Shown here one piece after another: positions 57,538 to 64,000 of a stretch of DNA of 64,000 nt (positions within the stretch are counted from its first letter, which is position 1; each line of letters opens with the position of its first letter). The DNA is taken from NCBI GenBank assembly GCA_019057815.1, contig JAHLWR010000004.1, positions 154,617 to 218,616 on the forward strand, written 5' to 3'. The notes beneath the pieces were generated by a model. It was not told the DNA's origin, did not search any database, and saw nothing but the letters and a program-made list of their open reading frames with translations. The DNA comes from Candidatus Heimdallarchaeota archaeon. Lineage in GTDB: Archaea; Asgardarchaeota; Heimdallarchaeia; Heimdallarchaeales; Heimdallarchaeaceae. Position numbers and translations under genes: made by a program.

Positions 57538-59535
57538 TCAGATAACTAAAGGACTGACTTGGTGCTTTAAACCAACAATCTTCATCACATCTACAGCATC
57601 TTCAATCAAGTTAGAAGCTATTTCAAGAGATTCTATTATTTGAAAAACAAACAATGATTGAACAGAGCTAAGTTTTGATTTTTCATCTGTAACAATCTCT
57701 TTGAGAGCTTTCTGATTGTTCTTATCAAGGGCATGTTCGAGCTTATGAACTTCATCGAAAATGGGGTGAGAAGCTAGAGGTTGGATACAAACCACTTCCA
57801 AAGCACCAGCTGCACTCTTAATAAGATCTGTCAATAAATCGATCTCAAGCTTAAGATACTCGTTGAACTTAGAACTAAGTTTATCACGGGGAAGTAGGAT
57901 AAGCTTTCGTAAAGATTTGAGACTATGCCCTATAGAAGAATCTAAGATGTCTGTAATTTTGTAAAAATGATAATCATCAGGAGCAGGTCTGACATTACCA
58001 TACAAAGCTTGTGTTACTTTCATTACTAGAACATCAGCTTCTCGTTCGAGTTCTTTTGCTTCTTTCATCGTTCGAGAACAGCAATCTAAATCATCATTTT
58101 CTAAATAAGCTTTGAAAGCTTCATTCAATTTATTATATACTTCTAGAACCTTGTTAGCATGTTTCATAGAATAGCTAGCTTGAACCCATCCAGGACGGGT
58201 TTCTATTGCTAGAAAAGCGAAACCTAATCCAATTAAAGCTAAGCATATACCGATTACTAGAAAAGGAAATTTGAGCATATTAGCTTGGTGAGAAGAGCCT
58301 AAGAAATTAACATTGAAAGCTGCATAAACTAAACCTATGGAAATTAAAGGACCAGTGAAATACCCCGTATCTAGTAACATACGATAGATTCCTAGACTTT
58401 TTTCTTTCTTAATTAATGGAACAACATCTTTTGTTATTGAAGGTAGAACAGGATAATAAGTAGCTGTACCTAAACCAGCAGTAAGAGCAAGCAAAATAAC
58501 CATTGTAAAGCTCTCAGCATATATCATCAAAATGAAACTAGCTCCTTCAACAATCAATCCTGTAACAACAGAAATCTTCCTACCAAAACGATCGCTTATA
58601 CGTCCTGTGATGGGCATAGCGACAGCCCACGAAAGGGTGAAAACTGAAGCTACAGCACCAATTTGTAAAACGCTAAAACCGTAAGTTGTAGCAAGGAGAA
58701 TGGGAAGAAGTAAGACTATGATGCTATCCATAATACGGGAAAAATGACCTCCAATGTAAGAGAGAACTAAAGTTGGAGTCTTGAAAATGTTTCTAAAACT
58801 CCATCTAGTTTCGACTTTAGTTGAATCTAATAAGATTTCTTGTTTTGTTCCTTTAACCAAATCAACAGTTTCAACTTTACGAAGAAGAAGAATTCCAACA
58901 ATTAATGCAACACCAGCAACAGCGAGAGCGAAAATAAAACTACCAGCGAAGTTCTGATCACTTTTACCTGCAATCAAACCTGCTAGAAATGAACCAAAAC
59001 TGGAACCGAAATAAACAGAAAATTCCATTGAACCAACAGAAAAAGCGCTACTTTTAGTTCCTGCAATATCAGTAAGAGCAGACATTGAAGAGGTGAAGAA
59101 GAAACCTAATCCTCCACCAATAAAAATGTTACCAAGGATTAAAGCCCAAAGATGTCCTCCAAAAGCTATCGTAATTGAACCTACAATAAGAAGAGACAAT
59201 CCTGTGATCAAGGTTTTTTTACGAGAAAACCTAACACTTATACTACTACTGAAAAAACCACTTATACCTTTAGATAATCCATAAGCTATAATTGTTGAAG
59301 CAACAGAAATGAAAACGAGAAAATTGGGGAAATTCGCACCTAAAGGAAAGATTTCACCTGGATATAATTGTTCAGCGTATAAAGCAAGAGCAGTTCGTTG
59401 AACACCATAAGTTATACCAATTAATGAAAGAACAGCAATGATAGGACCCCATTTAGAAAAAGATGAACGTAAAGTGAACTCTTCTTCAATATTGTCCTCT
59501 TCCTTAATTTCTTCAATTTCAGTCGTTAGATTCAT
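57538..59535 (-). CDS. MFS transporter fused to a C-terminal DUF47/PhoU-like domain
   Basis: 12 TMs, GRISDRFGRK motif A; C-terminal ELEREAD...D.LD, HKLEH.LD, ESLE..SNLIEDAVD. Start ATG at 59535 (ORF open to 59757). Confidence 0.88.
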   Translation of the reverse strand: MNLTTEIEEIKEEDNIEEEFTLRSSFSKWGPIIAVLSLIGITYGVQRTALALYAEQLYPGEIFPLGANFPNFLVFISVASTIIAYGLSKGISGFFSSSISVRFSRKKTLITGLSLLIVGSITIAFGGHLWALILGNIFIGGGLGFFFTSSMSALTDIAGTKSSAFSVGSMEFSVYFGSSFGSFLAGLIAGKSDQNFAGSFIFALAVAGVALIVGILLLRKVETVDLVKGTKQEILLDSTKVETRWSFRNIFKTPTLVLSYIGGHFSRIMDSIIVLLLPILLATTYGFSVLQIGAVASVFTLSWAVAMPITGRISDRFGRKISVVTGLIVEGASFILMIYAESFTMVILLALTAGLGTATYYPVLPSITKDVVPLIKKEKSLGIYRMLLDTGYFTGPLISIGLVYAAFNVNFLGSSHQANMLKFPFLVIGICLALIGLGFAFLAIETRPGWVQASYSMKHANKVLEVYNKLNEAFKAYLENDDLDCCSRTMKEAKELEREADVLVMKVTQALYGNVRPAPDDYHFYKITDILDSSIGHSLKSLRKLILLPRDKLSSKFNEYLKLEIDLLTDLIKSAAGALEVVCIQPLASHPIFDEVHKLEHALDKNNQKALKEIVTDEKSKLSSVQSLFVFQIIESLEIASNLIEDAVDVMKIVGLKHQVSPLVI

Positions 59536-59670
59536 TAATATCAATAGTAGAATGAAATATACCAATATTAGTCTTTCCAAACAATAGCTAAAAGAGAGAG
59601 GAAAAGGTAAAAAACATTTAAAATAAACGATTTTAGAACTACCAATATACGATTCTAGACAGGGGATAAA

Positions 59671-60906
59671 GTGAAAATAAGTAAGAAAGCAAAATTGCTG
59701 TTGATACTTGTTGTAGTTTACATAATCACTTTGATAGTACATTATGTATATACTCATTATATTGACCTAGAAATGAGGGTGATAATTTCAGATCAGATTG
59801 TCATTTTTACAAGAGGAAGGGATGTATTATTCGGAAGGCTACCCTATAGAGATTTCTATACAAACGCTGCAGCTTTAAGTCCTTATGTTTGGGCTCCAAT
59901 GGCCATGTTAGCAATGTTTTCTACAAAAGATTTTTCCTTAGAAACAGTTTGGTGGACAAATTACGAGAGTCTAGAAGGGATGATGGCTTTCACTTATATT
60001 ATCAGGGGATTTTTCGTAATATGTATAATCCTAGCAACCTTTCTATTATACAAGATAGAGTATCAAAAGAAGAACAAACGAGCTTTTCTGATTGCACTAC
60101 TTTTTGGAATAAACCCTTTCTTTCTAAATCTTGTTAGTTTCTGGGGATCAGATGAGAGTGTGTTACCATTACTAATTTTATTACCTATATATTTCTTTGA
60201 AAGAGGAAATAGTACTATTGCCTCCTTTCTTATAGGTTTGGGAGCAACAATAAAGTATTTCCCGATATTGTTAGCACCTTTAATATGGATATATGGCAAA
60301 AAATGGAAAGAGAGAATATATAATTCAGTAATTTTCATAGCTGTCGTTGTTGCTGCAAATTTGCCTTTTTATTATATATCCAAAGATAGGTATATGATGC
60401 AATTTGAAGACATAATAGGGGAAGGAGGGAACCATGGAATAGCTACAGTAGTTCAAGCATATTTTGGAGTGAATCTTGAAGAAAGCAATTTTGTTTTCTT
60501 AGGAATAGAGTTAATTCTACTAGCTATAGTAGGGGGGTATTTATTTGTAAGGAGGAAAAAATGGACATATTATCAAACATCAGCCCTTTTACTGGTTCAC
60601 TTAATAACATATCAAAAAATGCATAGTTCTTACATCGTGATGGTTTTTCCTTTTCTTTTTGTGGCACTATTTCAAAAAGGGATTGTAAGATGGTTGAGTG
60701 GTCTTATGTATATAACAGGGTTTTTTTTGGGATCAGCAGCTGTAGCAATAGTTAATGAAACAGTAAAAAATCGATTCTTAGAGTTCCTATGCTGGGATTT
60801 GGTATTACTATTTTATGTGTGTATGATAGCACTAATTGTTATGTACATGAAAAGTGATAATATATTATCAGTTAGCAGTTTTTCAGCTAAAGAACATTTA
60901 TCATAA
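59671..60906 (+). CDS. GT-C glycosyltransferase (GT87/PIG-M-like)
   Basis: LPYRDF, INPF, WGSDE, GATIKYFP; about 11 TMs. Confidence 0.82.
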   Translation: MKISKKAKLLLILVVVYIITLIVHYVYTHYIDLEMRVIISDQIVIFTRGRDVLFGRLPYRDFYTNAAALSPYVWAPMAMLAMFSTKDFSLETVWWTNYESLEGMMAFTYIIRGFFVICIILATFLLYKIEYQKKNKRAFLIALLFGINPFFLNLVSFWGSDESVLPLLILLPIYFFERGNSTIASFLIGLGATIKYFPILLAPLIWIYGKKWKERIYNSVIFIAVVVAANLPFYYISKDRYMMQFEDIIGEGGNHGIATVVQAYFGVNLEESNFVFLGIELILLAIVGGYLFVRRKKWTYYQTSALLLVHLITYQKMHSSYIVMVFPFLFVALFQKGIVRWLSGLMYITGFFLGSAAVAIVNETVKNRFLEFLCWDLVLLFYVCMIALIVMYMKSDNILSVSSFSAKEHLS

Positions 60907-61707
60907 AGAAGGATTATTAACGATAAAACTGTACCTAGAACGAGTACCTGCTTTAATTTTAACAACTTCATAAGAAATAATTTCAGGAAAGTTTGTCAGA
61001 ATTAGTTCAATTTGAACTATACTATATAATAGCAAAGTAATCTTTTCAATAAAAACTTCCGCAGAATGTAAAGCTTCATCAATTAATTGTAAAGAGAACT
61101 CCATACCACTGGTTTTTCCACCAAAAAGCTCGCTCTTCGTTCCTTTCCACCCTCGTTTCTTTTCGAGAACAGTAATATCTCTTTGGGAGTAAATAGGAGG
61201 ATAACAAAAGAGGGCACCGTAACGACCAGATGGAACACATCCTTGAATGATCTCACCAGAAGATTTCATAAGATGAATTTTATCTTGTAAATTATTAACT
61301 CGTACATTTGTTAAAGCTGATTCATAGGAAGAAGGAGCAATTTCAGTTCCAAGAACACTTCTGTTATATTTTTTAGCTAGTATAAGAGAAATAGCAGCAC
61401 TAGAACCGACTCCAATCTCTAGAAGAGTATTTTTGGAAAGATTGGTTGAAAGGACACTAGAACAATATGCATGACGTAAACCTATAGTTGGAATAAGATT
61501 ATTGGGAGGAACGACTATTTCTAAACCTAATAAGGCGTGAAAAAGGTGCTTATTAACAAAAGATAACACAGAAGTGTCACCCAAATCGAATTTGGGAGGG
61601 TTAAAACTGACTAAAAAAGCATTTAAAGAGGGGTATTTCTTAATTAACTCTTTGAAAGGAATAGTAAATGGTTTGGCATCGATAGTTCTAGAAATGGTCA
61701 CAGTCAT
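60901..61707 (-). CDS. RlmF/METTL16-related RNA methyltransferase
   Basis: F.EL..KYP.L, LIPT...R..Y, LLEIGVGSSAAI, GTEI, CYPPIY, ELFGG. ORF is open to 61734. Confidence 0.85.
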   Translation of the reverse strand: MTVTISRTIDAKPFTIPFKELIKKYPSLNAFLVSFNPPKFDLGDTSVLSFVNKHLFHALLGLEIVVPPNNLIPTIGLRHAYCSSVLSTNLSKNTLLEIGVGSSAAISLILAKKYNRSVLGTEIAPSSYESALTNVRVNNLQDKIHLMKSSGEIIQGCVPSGRYGALFCYPPIYSQRDITVLEKKRGWKGTKSELFGGKTSGMEFSLQLIDEALHSAEVFIEKITLLLYSIVQIELILTNFPEIISYEVVKIKAGTRSRYSFIVNNPSL

Positions 61708-61925
61708 AAGATAACAGAAGTAAGGAAGATACAAACTAAAATATTTCCCTTAGTGATACCAAAGATTAGATTTAAAAATCTGGTGTAAATAGTACATCGT
61801 TGAGAAAAATGATTTGGTTACCCCTCTCGGAGAAATGAAGAAAATTGTATATGATGATTTCTCAACTCTATATTGGAATGATGATGATTTTTATAAGAAA
61901 GGAAAAAAATAAGGAAAGTTGTTAC

Positions 61926-63281
61926 TTAATAGATTTTTAGTCTTTTTCGAGAGAATAATTTTGTGAGTAGCAAAGGAACTACTGCTATTAGTAGAGAAAA
62001 TGTGAAAAATACTTGAATTTCATATGTAGAAGATACAATTGTGGAATATTCAGCAGGTTCATCAAGGGGGTAAAGATCAATTGAATTCTCAGAACCGTCA
62101 ATAGAATAAGAACCTTCTCCTGACCAATCAGACCAATAGTTACCTTCAAGTGTTTTAGTATCATACCATGTATTATTAGTACCACCATCAAAAGCTTGAG
62201 AAGTTCCTCCTAGATTATTATCTACAAAGTTATTATGGTGAATAAGATTATTATCAGAACTGGATACAAATATTCTATTAAGATTATTATCAGAATTGGA
62301 TACAAATATTCCATTTTCTAATGCTAAGTATACACTATATTTTTCATTATCTTGCAGAAGATTGTAAGTAACGACACAAGAATCAGAAGAGGAAAGATAG
62401 ATGCCATGATTGTTATTGTTGCACGTGTTGTTGGTAACAGTAGAACTACCAGAAGAGAAAAGATAGATGCCATGGTAGTCATTGTTGCATGTGTTGTCTG
62501 CAACCGTCGAACTCCCAGAAGTGACCAGCATGATGCCATACTGGTTGTAGTTACACGTGTTGTTAATGACAGTAGAATTATTAGAAGAGGAAAGCTTGAT
62601 ACCACTGTTGTTATTGCTGCATGTGTTGTTTACAACAATAGAACTACTAGAATAGGAAAGCATGATGCCCTCAAAGTTGTTATTGTTGCACGTGTTGTTA
62701 ATGACAGTCGAACTCCCAGAATCCCAAAGCAAGATACCTTCATCACCATTGTTGCTGCACGTGTTGTTTACGACAGTAGAACTGCCAGAATACCAAAGCC
62801 TGATACCGTCCCCGTTGTTATTGTTGCACGTGTTGTTTACGACAGTCGAACTCCCAAAATAGTTAAGAGAGATGCCAAAGTTGTTATTGCTGCACGTGTT
62901 GTTGATGATAGTTGCTGTTCCATCAGCTACATTATCGATATAAATTCCATAATCATCTACGTCAACATAGCAGTTACGAACAATGAAATATTTCGTTGTA
63001 TCAGTGATAGAAATACCTCTATTGCTCGTTGTTGTAATGTTATATCCTTCAATAAGATAAGGATCTTCTTCAGTTCCAGATCCAGGAAAAACAGCAAAGC
63101 CACTGTCAGAGGTAATAGATATTGAATCATGTGGGGTAAGAGAGGAGTAAGATTGTGGGTCATATGAGACAGTTGTAGAACTTATTCTCATACTAGAGAA
63201 AATACTTAGTCCAACAATTACTAGTGAAACAAATAAAACTCTTCTAAGTGATATTCTAGATCGTTTTGACAGCTTTTCCAT
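61926..63281 (-). CDS. NosD/beta-helix surface glycoprotein (third paralog)
   Basis: GSGTEEDPYLIEG, about 9 NNTC coils, EGNYWSDW, VPLLLTKLFSRKR. Confidence 0.92.
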   Translation of the reverse strand: MEKLSKRSRISLRRVLFVSLVIVGLSIFSSMRISSTTVSYDPQSYSSLTPHDSISITSDSGFAVFPGSGTEEDPYLIEGYNITTTSNRGISITDTTKYFIVRNCYVDVDDYGIYIDNVADGTATIINNTCSNNNFGISLNYFGSSTVVNNTCNNNNGDGIRLWYSGSSTVVNNTCSNNGDEGILLWDSGSSTVINNTCNNNNFEGIMLSYSSSSIVVNNTCSNNNSGIKLSSSNNSTVINNTCNYNQYGIMLVTSGSSTVADNTCNNDYHGIYLFSSGSSTVTNNTCNNNNHGIYLSSSDSCVVTYNLLQDNEKYSVYLALENGIFVSNSDNNLNRIFVSSSDNNLIHHNNFVDNNLGGTSQAFDGGTNNTWYDTKTLEGNYWSDWSGEGSYSIDGSENSIDLYPLDEPAEYSTIVSSTYEIQVFFTFSLLIAVVPLLLTKLFSRKRLKIY

Positions 63282-63504
63282 AGTTTACCCTACAAAGATA
63301 TCAATTCAATATCTAGAATGTTTTGACACTTATATATCTTATCGACTTGATTTAAGTAAAAAGAAAGATAAGACATAATTCTATTCATATCGAAAAACAT
63401 AGTAGACAAAAGATTTAAACATTTTTATTTTATTAAATCTTCTCCTTTTTCTCCTCTCTCTTTTCTGTTAATATCGTCTAAAAGAGAACTATGGATAATT
63501 ACTA

Positions 63505-63930
63505 TTATTTCTTTGTAGAACTTTTTTCCACTTTTGTTACTAAAGCATCTGGTGATAAAACATTTTCTTTCCCCATCCAATCAAAATGTCTATTATTTGA
63601 TGTGATAAGGATTGCCTTATCTATTAATGCTTGTGTTCCAATGATAAAATCCCTAGCATGATGTTTAAACCTAAGATTAGATTTTTTGGCAAGAGCACTT
63701 ATTTTGTAGATTTCTTCAGATGTCAAATCTTGTAATATTGCATTTAACCCTTGAATATCTTTATTAAAAAGCTCTTTTGAAATACCACGAAGATTGTACC
63801 AATGATAGGTCTCTAAAGCACTTATGACTAATATGAATACTTCAAAATCTTTGCTACAATCTTGTAACCAATCGATAAAATCTTGATCCGCAAATACATT
63901 ACTATCAAGACTAATTCTCAGTAACTTCAC
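63505..63930 (-). CDS. vapC: PIN-domain (VapC-like) ribonuclease
   Basis: LDSNVF, ALE, RDFIIGTQA, LITSNNRHF. Confidence 0.88.
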   Translation of the reverse strand: MKLLRISLDSNVFADQDFIDWLQDCSKDFEVFILVISALETYHWYNLRGISKELFNKDIQGLNAILQDLTSEEIYKISALAKKSNLRFKHHARDFIIGTQALIDKAILITSNNRHFDWMGKENVLSPDALVTKVEKSSTKK

Positions 63931-64000
63931 CGTGATTTTAAATCTCAGCTAATCTAGAAAAATCTAGACAGAGGGATTAGACAGGGGGACTGAGGAATCA

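Noticed and set aside
59536-59757. 74-aa N-terminal extension of the MFS ORF
   Set aside because: Overlaps the divergent glycosyltransferase gene and its promoter; the ATG at 59535 is more plausible.
62352-63125. 257-aa plus-strand repetitive ORF (and similar ORFs at 42426-42854 and 39987-40256)
   Set aside because: Antisense or alternate-frame shadows of the NosD coil repeats.
63931-64000. Antitoxin gene or structured RNA upstream of vapC
   Set aside because: The minus-strand frames checked have stops; the short tagacag.ggga repeat is cut by the window edge and cannot be interpreted.

Overview
AT-rich (about 30-33% GC by eye) archaeal chromosome segment, most likely from an Asgard archaeon (Heimdallarchaeia-like). 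The assignment is inferred from archaeal housekeeping genes (methanogen-type SerRS, TYW1, tungsten aldehyde:ferredoxin oxidoreductase, beta-CASP RNase) together with many eukaryotic-signature-like proteins: a stand-alone longin, two TPR-longin fusions, a uDENN/NPRL2-like longin, a degenerate Rab-like GTPase, a membrane ZnF-RING protein and HEAT solenoids. Other contents: two paralogous giant FtsX/MacB permease plus double-NBD ATPase operons, three NosD/beta-helix surface glycoproteins plus an unannotated relic of a fourth, an orphan N6-adenine DNA methyltransferase, two IS200/IS605 relics and several truncated genes. No rRNA, tRNA or cas genes were recognised. The top candidate for an undescribed system is a 289-aa protein (16458-17327) laid out like a WAVE/WASH/VASP-type actin regulator: BRK1-like coiled coil, Pro/Gly-rich linker, two WH2-like motifs, central helix and acidic tail. 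Other candidates are a HEAT / pseudo-Rab / uDENN-longin / TPR-longin cluster (44.6-54.1 kb), a wHTH-ATP-cone-HEPN regulator and an MFS-DUF47(PhoU-like) fusion. All domain calls come from motif recognition by eye and need HMM or structure confirmation.
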